A DNA stretch of 64,000 bases from an uncultured Actinomycetota bacterium (GTDB taxonomy: Bacteria; Actinomycetota; Actinomycetes; Mycobacteriales; Pseudonocardiaceae), in the NCBI GenBank assembly GCA_963750095.1, contig CAVVPJ010000016.1, positions 9,806 to 73,805 of the forward strand, written 5' to 3'. Position numbers and translations under genes: made by a program. Shown here in pieces: positions 47,666-57,685 of the stretch; the first letter of the stretch is position 1; each line of letters begins with the position of its first letter. The notes below the pieces were generated by a model, which was not told the origin of the DNA, made no database searches, and saw only the letters and a program-made list of their open reading frames with translations.

Positions 47666-48399
47666 CGGGGGGCCGGTCGGTGGTGACGGGGGCGTCGTCG
47701 GGGATCGGGGCGGCCGTCGCGCTCGTGCTGGCGGGCCGCGGCCACCGGCTCGTGCTCGTGGGACGCGACCGGGAGAAGCTCGAGGCCGTCGCGGCGCGGA
47801 CGGGCGGCACGCCGGTACTCGCCGACCTCCGCGCGCCGGACGGCTTGGACCGCGTCCGGGCCGCCGCCGACGGGCCGATCCGCCTGCTGGTGCACGCCGC
47901 GGGGGTGGGCGCGGCCGGTCCGGTGGCCGCGGCGTCGGGCACCGCCGTCGCCGACCTCGCCGCCGTGAACCTCGTCGCTCCGATGCGGCTGACCGCCGCG
48001 CTCCTCCCCGGGCTGCGCGCGGGGCGGGGCGCGGTCGCGTTCGTCGCGTCGATCGCCGCGCTCGGGGTGGCCGACGAGGCGGTCTACTCGGCCACCAAGG
48101 CGGGGCTGCGCGGGTTCGCCGACGCGCTCCGGCTGGAGACGGGGTTGACCGTGACCACGGTCCTGCCGGGCGCCGTCGACACCCCGTTCTTCGACCGCCG
48201 CGGCACGCCGTACGGGCGCCGGTTCCCCCGGCCCGTGCCGCCGGACCGGGTCGCCCGCGCGCTGGTCACGGGGGTCGAGCGCGGCCGGGCCGAGGTCTTC
48301 GTGCCCGGATGGCTGCGCCTGGCCGCGCGGCTGCACGGTGCCGCGCCTGCCTCGTTCGCGCGGCTCTCGCGACGGTTCGCCCCCGCCCGTCCGGGTTGA
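47662..48399 (+). CDS. Short-chain dehydrogenase/reductase
   Basis: VTGASSGIG, YSATK, PGAVDTPFF. Confidence 0.9.
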   Translation: MTGGRSVVTGASSGIGAAVALVLAGRGHRLVLVGRDREKLEAVAARTGGTPVLADLRAPDGLDRVRAAADGPIRLLVHAAGVGAAGPVAAASGTAVADLAAVNLVAPMRLTAALLPGLRAGRGAVAFVASIAALGVADEAVYSATKAGLRGFADALRLETGLTVTTVLPGAVDTPFFDRRGTPYGRRFPRPVPPDRVARALVTGVERGRAEVFVPGWLRLAARLHGAAPASFARLSRRFAPARPG

Positions 48400-48416
48400 G
48401 CCCCGCCTGGCGGCGG

Positions 48417-49313
48417 TCAGGCCTGTGCGGCGATCCGCTCCCGCAGCTGCGTGCCGCGGTGCGCCAACAGGGCGACGCCCGCGACGAGCACCAGCCCCGC
48501 GACGACCTCACCGGCGATGACGGGCGGCGACGTGTCGACCAGATGCTCGCCGAGCCAGCTCAGCCCTATCGCGGTGGCCACGATCGGGTCGACGACCGTG
48601 ATCACGGCGAGGGCGGGCGCGATGAGCAGCCCCGCCTGGAAGGTGTGCTGGCTGAGCAGGAACCCGAGCGGACCGACCACACAGACGACGTAGAAGGGGG
48701 CGTGCGTCAGCACCTCCAGCGGTCCGGCGTCCCGCAGCTGGGCGGTCACGACCTTCATGAGGCCCGCCGTGACGCCGTAGCAGACGCCCGTGGCCACCGC
48801 GAGCGCCCCCACCCTCGCTGGTCCCGATGCCCGGACCGCGGTCACGAAGCACGCGCCGACCACGGCCGCGAGCACAGTCGCGAGCGGCAGCAGGCTGAGC
48901 ATGCCCGGCAGCCGGGCCGACCCGCCTTCGGGGCGCGCCAGAGCGAGGAACGCCGCCAGACCCGCGGCGGTGGCCGCCGCACCGAGCACGATGGTGCGGT
49001 CGGGACGCCTGCGGGCGAGCCACGCCGCCGACAGCGCGCCGAACACGATGCCGGTGACCAGGACCGGCTGGACCAGGGCCAGCGGCGCGAAGGCGAGCGC
49101 GACGACCTGGAGCGCGAGCCCGAGCCCCACCGCGCCGCTGGCCGCCAGCCATCGCGGCCGACGGGCCAGCTCGACCAGCAGCCGCGGACCCAGCACGCCT
49201 GCGTCCGGGACCTCCTTGGTGGCCCGCTGCTGCAGTGCGCTGGCCATGCCGAAGCTCGCCGCGCCCGCCACCGCGGCGGGCACCGCGACGAACAGCGTCG
49301 TCGAGATCGACAT
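48417..49313 (-). CDS. DMT-superfamily (NIPA-like) transporter
   Basis: ASALQQRA, LQVVALAFAPLALVQPVLV, ~9-10 TM. Confidence 0.8.
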   Translation of the reverse strand: MSISTTLFVAVPAAVAGAASFGMASALQQRATKEVPDAGVLGPRLLVELARRPRWLAASGAVGLGLALQVVALAFAPLALVQPVLVTGIVFGALSAAWLARRRPDRTIVLGAAATAAGLAAFLALARPEGGSARLPGMLSLLPLATVLAAVVGACFVTAVRASGPARVGALAVATGVCYGVTAGLMKVVTAQLRDAGPLEVLTHAPFYVVCVVGPLGFLLSQHTFQAGLLIAPALAVITVVDPIVATAIGLSWLGEHLVDTSPPVIAGEVVAGLVLVAGVALLAHRGTQLRERIAAQA

Positions 49314-49500
49314 CAGCTCACGCTACCTCTCGGGGCCGCGCGTCTGCCTGCTGCGAGCCGGTTCGTCGGGATGCGGCAAGCCGGGCACCGGGGACAACCG
49401 GCAACGCTGCCCGGCACGGACTATCACAGGATGCCAATCCCGCGGGCCGTGTTCTGCGCCTGCGCGCGTAGCAGCAGCTGTGCGACCGCCCGACCATGGG

Positions 49501-51264
49501 ATGGTGACCTTCACCGTGTGTCGGAGCCTGCTCGACACCGCGGGTTGCCCGGCCGACGTCCGGGCGCTCCCGTCCGGCCACCTGCCTGCGCTCGCCGCGG
49601 AGATCCGCGAGCTGCTGGTCGAGACCGTGCACCGCACGGGCGGACATCTCGGGCCGAATCTCGGCGTCGTGGAGCTGACCATCGCCCTGCACCGCGTCTA
49701 CACCTCCCCACGGGACACGATCCTGTGGGACACCGGACACCAGGCCTATGTGCACAAGCTGCTGACCGGCCGGGTGCAGGCGTTCGCGCGGCTGCGCAGC
49801 GCGGGCGGGCTCTCCGGATACCCGAGCCGGGCCGAGAGCGAGCACGATCTCGTGGAGAACTCCCACGCCTCCACCGCGCTGTCCTACGCCGACGGCCTGG
49901 CCAAGGCGTTCGCGCTCACGGGACGGCAGGACCGGTCGGTCGTCGCGGTCATCGGCGACGGTGCGCTGACCGGCGGGATGTGCTGGGAGGCGCTCAACGC
50001 GATCGGCGCGGCGCCCCGGCGACCGGTCGTGGTTGTCCTCAACGACAACGGCCGCTCCTACGCGCCCACCGTCGGCGGGCTGGCCCGCCACCTGGCGGAC
50101 CTGCGCCGGACCGACCGGAAGGACCTCGGGCAGGCGCTGTTCGAGCCGCTCGGCCTGGCCTACCTCGGGCCGGTCGACGGGCACGACATCGCCGCGGTCG
50201 AGCAGGCGCTGCGCGCCGCCCGCGCCCTCGCGCGCCCCGTCGTCGTGCATTGCGCGACGACCAAGGGCCGCGGACATCCGCCCGCCGAGCGGGACCAGGT
50301 CGACCACTTCCACACGGTCGCACCGTCGGGTGGCGGCTCCGGGCGCGCCTGGACCCGGGCGTTCGCCGAGGAGCTGGTCGCGATCGGGCACGAGCGCCCC
50401 GACGTGGTCGCGCTGACCGCCGCCATGGCGCACCCCACCGGGCTGACGGACTTCACCACCGCGTTCCCGGAGCGGGTCTTCGACGTGGGCATCGCCGAGC
50501 AGCACGCCGTGACCTCGGCCGCCGGTCTGGCGATGGGCGGGCTGCACCCCGTGGTATGTCTCTACGCGACCTTCCTCACCCGCGCGGTCGACCAGGTCCT
50601 CATGGACGTGGCGCTGCACCGGCTCCCCGTGACGTTCGTGCTGGACCGCGCGGGCATCACCGGCGAGGACGGCCCCTCCCACCACGGCATGTGGGACCTG
50701 GCCCTGCTCGGCGTCGTACCCGGCATGCGGGTCGGCGCGCCGCGCGACGGCACCCGCCTCCGTGGCCTTCTGCGCGAGGCCGTCGCGCACGACGGTCCGA
50801 CCGCCCTGCGCTTCCCCAAGGGGTCCCTCCCCCCGGACCTGCCCTCCCGTGGGGCGATCGGGCGCGCCGACGTGCTCGCCCGCCACGGAGCGGGCGGTAC
50901 GTTGCTGGTGGCGGCGGGCCCGTGCGCGCACGCCGCCGTCACGGCGGCCGAGCGGCTGGACGGCCGGGAGGACGTCACGGTCGTCGACCCGCGATGGCTG
51001 CTGCCTGTCGACCGGGAGCTGGTCCACGCCGCGTCCCGGTTCCGTCGGGTGGTCACGGTCGAGGACCACGCAGGCCCCGGCGGCTACGGCGACGCGGTCG
51101 CCCGTGCGCTCCGGGCAGCGTCCTGCGCGACGTCCGTCGAGACGTTCGACCTCGGCGCCGACTTCATCGCCCACGGATCCCGCACGGACCTGCTGCGCGA
51201 CCGGGGGTTGGATGCCGACGGGCTCGTCCGCCGCCTGCGGCGACGGCAGGCCGCGGAGGCGTGA
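49501..51264 (+). CDS. dxs: 1-deoxy-D-xylulose-5-phosphate synthase
   Basis: GGHLGPNLGVVELT, WDTGHQAY, GDGALTGGM, DVGIAEQHA, DGPSHHG; start uncertain. Confidence 0.92.
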   Translation: MVTFTVCRSLLDTAGCPADVRALPSGHLPALAAEIRELLVETVHRTGGHLGPNLGVVELTIALHRVYTSPRDTILWDTGHQAYVHKLLTGRVQAFARLRSAGGLSGYPSRAESEHDLVENSHASTALSYADGLAKAFALTGRQDRSVVAVIGDGALTGGMCWEALNAIGAAPRRPVVVVLNDNGRSYAPTVGGLARHLADLRRTDRKDLGQALFEPLGLAYLGPVDGHDIAAVEQALRAARALARPVVVHCATTKGRGHPPAERDQVDHFHTVAPSGGGSGRAWTRAFAEELVAIGHERPDVVALTAAMAHPTGLTDFTTAFPERVFDVGIAEQHAVTSAAGLAMGGLHPVVCLYATFLTRAVDQVLMDVALHRLPVTFVLDRAGITGEDGPSHHGMWDLALLGVVPGMRVGAPRDGTRLRGLLREAVAHDGPTALRFPKGSLPPDLPSRGAIGRADVLARHGAGGTLLVAAGPCAHAAVTAAERLDGREDVTVVDPRWLLPVDRELVHAASRFRRVVTVEDHAGPGGYGDAVARALRAASCATSVETFDLGADFIAHGSRTDLLRDRGLDADGLVRRLRRRQAAEA

Positions 51265-51291
51265 CCGCCCGCCGTGAGCGACCCGGCCTGC

Positions 51292-51570
51292 TCATCCACG
51301 GTCCGACGAGCTGCGTCGCCTCCGGCGGACCGCCCAGCCCAGGACGGCAAGGCAGGCCACCGCGACGACGGCGAACACGACACCGGGAACCGGCGACCCG
51401 AGGATGAAGAACACGACGGTCACGAACGCGGACAGCGCGAACGCGACGATCGCGATGCCTGCGTGCAGCCGCAGCGCCTGCTGGCCCTCCGGCGTGCTCG
51501 CCTGCTCCGGGACCGAGCCGCCGAACCCCGGAACCGAATGTCTGCTGCCCGAACCATGCCGTCGCACCAT
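51292..51570 (-). CDS. Small 2-TM membrane protein
   Basis: Two hydrophobic helices followed by RRRRR; GGTT-N16-GGGTAG 10 nt upstream. Confidence 0.6.
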   Translation of the reverse strand: MVRRHGSGSRHSVPGFGGSVPEQASTPEGQQALRLHAGIAIVAFALSAFVTVVFFILGSPVPGVVFAVVAVACLAVLGWAVRRRRRSSSDRG

Positions 51571-51665
51571 GCTCCCCGGTCTACCCGCGTGCGCGGCACC
51601 CGAACCCGTGACGCGGGCCCGGTTTCGCCGGGCGCGGGACACCTCTTCACCAGAGCGTGACCCAC

Positions 51666-52106
51666 TCACTCCTCGAGCCGGACCAGCGCGAGCCCCGTCT
51701 CCTCGTCGATCCGCTTGCGCAGGTGCGCCGGTGTCTCGGTCACCACGACCTCGAGCGTGGGCCACACGACCAGCCGCTGGACGTGCCCGCCCGTCGTGGA
51801 CCCGTCCCGGTGGCCGAGCACCGCGTGGGCGTGCAGGGCGGGCTCGGACCCGTTGAGCGCGATGTCGCCGACGAACGAGAGCACCTCGCTCTGTACGCCG
51901 ACCGGGATGTCCAGGTACTGCGCCGTCTCCGGGTCGAAGTAGCCGAGGGTCGCCTCCCGGCAGGCACCCACGGCGGTCAGACCCGCTCCGGTGACGTCGT
52001 TCTCCGCGGCGAAGCCGACGAGCTCGGCCGCGGCGTCGTCGCCCTTGTCCATCACGACGGCGAACGTGCGCAGCCCTTCCGACTCGCTCAGCAACTTGCT
52101 CCTCAT
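51666..52106 (-). CDS. PPC/DUF296-domain protein
   Basis: EVLSFVGDIA, LHAHAVLG..GGHV..WPTLEVVV. Confidence 0.88.
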   Translation of the reverse strand: MRSKLLSESEGLRTFAVVMDKGDDAAAELVGFAAENDVTGAGLTAVGACREATLGYFDPETAQYLDIPVGVQSEVLSFVGDIALNGSEPALHAHAVLGHRDGSTTGGHVQRLVVWPTLEVVVTETPAHLRKRIDEETGLALVRLEE

Positions 52107-52415
52107 CCGATCCTCCTCGCCTCATCCGGCCTCGTGCGCCAGCCCGTGCGCAAGTCGGCAGCCGCGCGGCGGCCTGCCTGCGACCCGCTACCCGGTCATC
52201 GCTCGGGTGCCCGCCAGGCCATCGCGCAACCTGACGGGCGACTTGCGAACGACCGTGCGCCCCGGCCTTTCGCGGGGCGGTCACCGGTCCGGGAACCGAC
52301 TGCCTGGCGGTCAGCTGACGATCGCGGCGGGCGGTGTCGCCACGCCGGGAAGCGGGTAGCCGAAGCTCGACCGTGTGCATGGCGACCGTATCCAGAGACC
52401 GAACCCGGAGGGCCG

Positions 52416-55400
52416 ATGTCGGACCGCCCGACGATGACGACGACCGCGTCGGTCACCGTCAACCCCACCACGCTGCGCAGCGACCTGGAGGCGTCCGTCG
52501 ACGGCGAGGTCCGCTTCGACGACGGCAGCCGCGCTGCCTACGCGACCGACGCGTCGAACTTCCGTCAGGTGCCCATCGCCGTCGTCGTGCCGCGCACGGT
52601 CGAGGCCGCCGAGGCGGCCGTCGCGGTCTGCCATCGGCACCGGGTGCCGCTGCTGTCCCGCGGCGGCGGGACCAGCCTCGCGGGCCAGTGCTGCAACACC
52701 GCCGTCGTGATCGACTGGTCGAAGTACTGCCATCGCCTCGTCGGGGTTGACGCCGAGGCGCGGACGTGCGTCGTCGAGCCCGGGATCGTGCTCGACGTGC
52801 TCAACCGGCAGCTCGCCGCGCACGGGCTGGAGTACGGACCGCAGCCCGCCACCCACTACAACTGCACGATCGGCGGGATGATCGGCAACAACTCCTGCGG
52901 CGCGACCGCGCAGCGCACCGGCAAGGTCGTGGACAACATCGCCCGGCTGGAGGTGCTGCTGCACGACGGCACCCGGTTCTGGTGCGGGCCGACCAGCGAC
53001 GAGGAGTACGCCGAGATCCTCGCGGCGGGCGGGCGCCGGGCGCAGGTCTACCGGCAGCTGCGGGACCTGCGCGACGACCACCTGGGACGCATCCGCACCG
53101 GATACCCCCACATTCCGCGACGGGTCTCGGGCTACAACCTCGACTCGCTGCTCCCGGAGAAGGGCTTCGACGTCGCGGGCGCGCTGGTCGGCTCCGAGTC
53201 GACGCTGGTCACCGTGCTGCGGGCCGAGCTGAGGCTGGTACCCGTGGTGCCCTGCCGCACGCTGGTCGTGCTGGGCTACCCCTCGGTCGACGCCGCCGCC
53301 GACGCGGTGCCCGACGTCGTCGCCCACGCGCCGATCGCGCTGGAGGGACTCGACGACCGGCTGATCGGGTTCGAGCGCCTGAAGCACATGAACGCGGCGG
53401 CGCTGGACCTGCTCCCCGAAGGCCGCGGCTGGCTGCTGGCCCAGTTCGGGGGCGAGACCAAGGAGGATGCGGACAAGGCCGCGCACGGCCTGCTCGACGC
53501 GCTCGGCGACGGCGGGAGTGCGCCCAGCGCGACGGTCTACACCGACCCGGACCGGGAGAAGGAGCTGTGGACCGTGCGGGAGTCGGGCCTGGGCGCGACC
53601 GCGCACGTGCCCGGCGCGGCCGAGACCTTCCCGGGATGGGAGGACGCCGCGGTCGCGCCCGAGCGGCTCGGCGACTACCTGCGCGATCTCCGCGCGCTCT
53701 ACGACGAGTTCGGCTACGGCCAGGCCAGCGTGTACGGCCACTTCGGGCAGGGCTGCGTGCACAGCCGGATCCCGTTCGACCTCTACGGGCCCGAAGGCGT
53801 CGCCGCGTACCGCCGGTTCCTGGAGCGGGCCGCGAAGCTGGTCACCCGGTACGGCGGCAGCCTCTCCGGGGAGCACGGGGACGGTCAGCAGCGCGGCGAG
53901 CTGCTGACCACCATGTTCGGCGAGGAGCTCGTGGCGGCGTTCCGCCGGTTCAAGGCGGTGTTCGACCCGGACGGGCTGATGAACCCCGGCAAGGTGGTCG
54001 ATCCGGCGCCGCTGGACGCGGACCTGCGGCTGGGCGCCGACTGGCACCCGACGCCGTCGCACGGTCTGCACTTCTCCTACCCGGCCGACGACGGCTCGTT
54101 CGTCAAGGCCGCGAACCGCTGCGTCGGGGTGGGCAAGTGCCGTCAGCACGACCACTCCGGCGCCACCGTGATGTGCCCCTCCTACCAGGTCACCCACGAG
54201 GAGAAGCACGCCACCCGCGGCCGGGCCCGGCTGCTGTTCGAGATGCTCGACGGACACGGCGACGGCCCCGTACGCGACGGCTGGCGCTCGGACGCGGTGT
54301 TCGAGGCGCTGGACCTGTGCCTGGCCTGCAAGGGCTGCAAGTCCGACTGCCCGGTCGACGTGGACATGGCCACCTACAAGGCGGAGTTCCTCGCCCACTA
54401 CTGGCAGGGCAGGCTCCGCCCGCGCGCCGACTACAGCATGGGCTGGCTGCCCCTCGCGGCACAGCTGATCGGGCGGCTGCACGCGGGTCCGCTGGTCAAC
54501 GCCCTGACCGGGACACCGGGCCTGTCCCGCGCGGCGACCTGGCTCGCCGGGGTCGACCCGCGACGGCAGGTCCCCCGCTTCGCCGCGCAGACCCTCCAGC
54601 AGTGGTTCGCCGCCCGCTCCCCCGGCGGCGACGGGCACCGCGGCGAGGTCCTGCTGTGGCCCGACACGTTCACCGCACACCTGCATCCGCACGTCGGCCA
54701 GGCGGCCGTGGCGGTGCTCGAGGACGCCGGGTGGCGGGTGCGGATGCCCCAGCAGCCGCTGTGCTGCGGGCTGACCTGGATCTCCACCGGCCAACTGGAC
54801 GTCGCGAAACGCGTGCTGCGCCGCACGATCGACGCACTGGCCGAGCATGTGCGCGCGGGCGGGCTCGTCGTCGGACTGGAGCCCAGCTGCACGGCCGTGT
54901 TCCGCAGCGACATGGGCGAGCTGCTGCCCGACGACCAGGACGCCCAGCGGCTGGCCCGGCACACCGTCACCCTCGCCGAGCTGCTGCGCGAGCACACCGC
55001 CGGATGGCGCCCGCCCCGGCTGGAACGGCCGGTGCTCGCCCAGGCGCACTGCCACCAGCACGCCGTGCTCGGGTTCGAGCAGGACATGGCCCTCCTGCGC
55101 GACATGGGCGCGAACGCCGAACACCTCGCGTCCGGCTGCTGCGGCCTCGCGGGCAACTTCGGCTTCCAGCCCGGCCACTTCGAGGTCAGCCGCGACTGCG
55201 CCGAACAGGTGCTGCTGCCCCGCGTGCGCGAGGCCGACCCGGACGCGGTCGTCCTCGCGGACGGCTTCAGCTGCCGCACCCAGGTCGAGCAGCTCGACAG
55301 CGGCGGACGCCAGGCGATGCACCTGGCCGAGCTGCTCGACGCGGCCCGCCGCGGGGTGCGCGCGCCGGGACCGCTCGAACGCGCGGCCGCACCGCGACCC

Positions 55401-55502
55401 GCCCCGCCGAGCAGGCGCACGCAGATCGCCGCCGCTCTCGGGACGGCGGCGACCGCCGCCGTCGCCGGGTTCGGGGTCGCCGCGCTGGCCAGGAGGCGGT
55501 GA
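52416..55502 (+). CDS. FAD-binding + Fe-S oxidoreductase, paralog 2
   Basis: Same motifs as 24134..27289 (SRGGGTSL, SGEHGDG, CVGVGKC, CLACKGC, CCG). Confidence 0.9.
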   Translation: MSDRPTMTTTASVTVNPTTLRSDLEASVDGEVRFDDGSRAAYATDASNFRQVPIAVVVPRTVEAAEAAVAVCHRHRVPLLSRGGGTSLAGQCCNTAVVIDWSKYCHRLVGVDAEARTCVVEPGIVLDVLNRQLAAHGLEYGPQPATHYNCTIGGMIGNNSCGATAQRTGKVVDNIARLEVLLHDGTRFWCGPTSDEEYAEILAAGGRRAQVYRQLRDLRDDHLGRIRTGYPHIPRRVSGYNLDSLLPEKGFDVAGALVGSESTLVTVLRAELRLVPVVPCRTLVVLGYPSVDAAADAVPDVVAHAPIALEGLDDRLIGFERLKHMNAAALDLLPEGRGWLLAQFGGETKEDADKAAHGLLDALGDGGSAPSATVYTDPDREKELWTVRESGLGATAHVPGAAETFPGWEDAAVAPERLGDYLRDLRALYDEFGYGQASVYGHFGQGCVHSRIPFDLYGPEGVAAYRRFLERAAKLVTRYGGSLSGEHGDGQQRGELLTTMFGEELVAAFRRFKAVFDPDGLMNPGKVVDPAPLDADLRLGADWHPTPSHGLHFSYPADDGSFVKAANRCVGVGKCRQHDHSGATVMCPSYQVTHEEKHATRGRARLLFEMLDGHGDGPVRDGWRSDAVFEALDLCLACKGCKSDCPVDVDMATYKAEFLAHYWQGRLRPRADYSMGWLPLAAQLIGRLHAGPLVNALTGTPGLSRAATWLAGVDPRRQVPRFAAQTLQQWFAARSPGGDGHRGEVLLWPDTFTAHLHPHVGQAAVAVLEDAGWRVRMPQQPLCCGLTWISTGQLDVAKRVLRRTIDALAEHVRAGGLVVGLEPSCTAVFRSDMGELLPDDQDAQRLARHTVTLAELLREHTAGWRPPRLERPVLAQAHCHQHAVLGFEQDMALLRDMGANAEHLASGCCGLAGNFGFQPGHFEVSRDCAEQVLLPRVREADPDAVVLADGFSCRTQVEQLDSGGRQAMHLAELLDAARRGVRAPGPLERAAAPRPAPPSRRTQIAAALGTAATAAVAGFGVAALARRR

Positions 55503-57262
55503 TGGCGGCCAAACCGCACGTGCTGCGCGAGTACGCCCTGCTCGCCGACGGCTACCGCGGCGTGCTCGTCGGGCCCGAGGGGGACTTCGCGTGGATGTGC
55601 GCGCCCCGCTGGGACTCCCCGGCGGTGTTCTCCTCGCTGATGGGCAGCGCCTGCTCCTACGAGATCACCCCCCGCGGCCGCTTCGTGTGGGGTGGCTACT
55701 ACGAGGACAGCTCGCTGGTCTGGTGCTCCCGCTGGATCACCCAGGGCGGGGGCATCATCGAGTGCCGGGAGGCGCTGGCGCTGCCCGCCGACGCCCACCG
55801 GGCCGTCCTGCTGCGGCGGGTGCGGGCGGTGCGCGGACCGGGGGAGGTCGACGTCACCCTCGTGCCCGGTGCCGAGTTCGGCAGGCACGGCCTCACCGAC
55901 CTGCACCGCGACGACGACGGCAGCTGGCAGGGGCGCACCGGCGACCTGCGGATGCGGTGGAGCGGAGCCGGTGACGCGCGGCCCGACGACGCCGAGGGGA
56001 AGAGCCTGCGGATGGTCCTGCGGCTGGATCCCGGAACGGAGCACGACCTGGTTCTGGAGCTGTCGGACACCGGGCTGGACGGTCCGCCACCCGATCCGGA
56101 ACGGGCCTGGAAGAGCACCACGACCGCCTGGCGGGAGCTGCTGCCGGACTTCGACACCAGCATCGCCCCGCGCGACGCCCGCCACTCCTATGCGGTGCTG
56201 CGGGGGCTCACTCACGCCTCCGGTGGCATGGTCGCCGCCTCGACCACCGGCCTGCCCGAGCGCGCCGACCGTGGCCGCAACTACGACTACCGCTTCGTGT
56301 GGATCCGCGACCAGTGCTTCGCGGGACAGGCCGTCGCCGCCGACGGGCCGCACCCGCTGCTGGACGACGCTGTCCGGTTCGTCAGCGAACGGCTGCTGCA
56401 GGACGGTCCCGACCTCGCCCCCGCCTACACCGTCGACGGCAAGCAGGTACCCCCCGAGCACGACGCCGGGCTGCCGGGCTACCCGGGCGGCTCGGGCATG
56501 CTCGGCAACCACGTACGCGCGCAGTTCCAGCTCGACGCGTTCGGCGAGGCCCTGCTCCTGTTCGCGGCGGCCGCCCGCCACGACCGGCTCGACACCGACC
56601 ACTGGCGCGCCGCCACCCTGGCCGTCTCGGCGATCGAGCGGCGCTGGAGCGGCGAGGGTGCGGGCCTGTGGGAGCTCCATCCGGGCCGCTGGACCCACTC
56701 CCGGCTCATCTGCGCCGCCGGGCTGCGCCAGCTCGCCGCCGCCGCCGCGCCGATGGGCGACGCCGCCCGGTGGAACGCCCTCGCGGACCGCATCGTCGCC
56801 GACACGGCGGCGGTGGCGCTGCATCCCTCCGGCCGTTGGCAGCGCGCGGCCGACGACGACAGGGTCGACGCGGCGCTGCTGCTGCCCCCGGTGCGGGGCG
56901 CCGTGCCCGCCGACGACCCGCGGACGGTCGCGACGCTCCAGGCGGTGCGTTCCGAGCTGACCAGTGACGGCTACGTCTACCGCTTCCGCCACGACAGCAG
57001 GCCGCTCGCGCACGCCGAGGGCGCGTTCCTGCTGTGCGGCTTCATCATGGCGATGGCCGAGCACCAGCAGGGCCACCACGTCGCGGCCGCCCGATGGTTC
57101 GAGCGCAACCGGGCCGCGTGCGGACCACCCGGGCTGTTCGCCGAGGAGTACGACATCGCCCAACGTCAGCTGCGCGGGAACCTCCCCCAGGCCTTCGTGC
57201 ACGCGATGATGCTCGAGACCTCCGTCCGGCTGGGCGCCCCGGCCCCCGGGAGCCCGGAGTGA
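55502..57262 (+). CDS. GH15 glucoamylase/trehalase-like glycoside hydrolase
   Basis: YALLADG, RNYDYRFVWIRD, QFQLDAFGE, EGAFLLC, GNLPQAFVH. Confidence 0.9.
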   Translation: MAAKPHVLREYALLADGYRGVLVGPEGDFAWMCAPRWDSPAVFSSLMGSACSYEITPRGRFVWGGYYEDSSLVWCSRWITQGGGIIECREALALPADAHRAVLLRRVRAVRGPGEVDVTLVPGAEFGRHGLTDLHRDDDGSWQGRTGDLRMRWSGAGDARPDDAEGKSLRMVLRLDPGTEHDLVLELSDTGLDGPPPDPERAWKSTTTAWRELLPDFDTSIAPRDARHSYAVLRGLTHASGGMVAASTTGLPERADRGRNYDYRFVWIRDQCFAGQAVAADGPHPLLDDAVRFVSERLLQDGPDLAPAYTVDGKQVPPEHDAGLPGYPGGSGMLGNHVRAQFQLDAFGEALLLFAAAARHDRLDTDHWRAATLAVSAIERRWSGEGAGLWELHPGRWTHSRLICAAGLRQLAAAAAPMGDAARWNALADRIVADTAAVALHPSGRWQRAADDDRVDAALLLPPVRGAVPADDPRTVATLQAVRSELTSDGYVYRFRHDSRPLAHAEGAFLLCGFIMAMAEHQQGHHVAAARWFERNRAACGPPGLFAEEYDIAQRQLRGNLPQAFVHAMMLETSVRLGAPAPGSPE

Positions 57263-57600
57263 ACGCCGCCGGGGGGCTCACCCTGGCGCGCGCGGCGAAC
57301 GGGGTGGCACTGCTCGTCGCGCCCGGCCGCGCTGTGCGGTCCACCGTGCACGGGCGTGCCGACCGACCCGCCCGCGTGGTCACGCGGATCCTCGGCGCCC
57401 GCCACCTGGTGCAGGCCGGGCTCACCGGGCTGGAGCCCGGCCCGAACGCGCTCTGGCTCGGGGCGGCGGTCGACGGGATACACGCCGCGACCGCGCTGGG
57501 TCTCGCCGCGCTGGACGCCCGCCGCCGCCGGGCCGCTCTCGGCAACGCCGTCAGCGCCCTCGCCTTCGCGGCCGCCGGGGCGGCGCTCGCGCGCCGCTGA
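57259..57600 (+). CDS. Small membrane protein
   Basis: RILGARHLVQA..GAAVDGIHAA; GTGA-coupled to GH15. Confidence 0.7.
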   Translation: MNAAGGLTLARAANGVALLVAPGRAVRSTVHGRADRPARVVTRILGARHLVQAGLTGLEPGPNALWLGAAVDGIHAATALGLAALDARRRRAALGNAVSALAFAAAGAALARR

Positions 57601-57685
57601 CCCTTCCGCGCTGACCCACCCCGTGCGCGGGGACGCGCGCCGCGGCTCGCGTCTCCGCCCACGGGGTGTCAGCGACGCACGGGTG

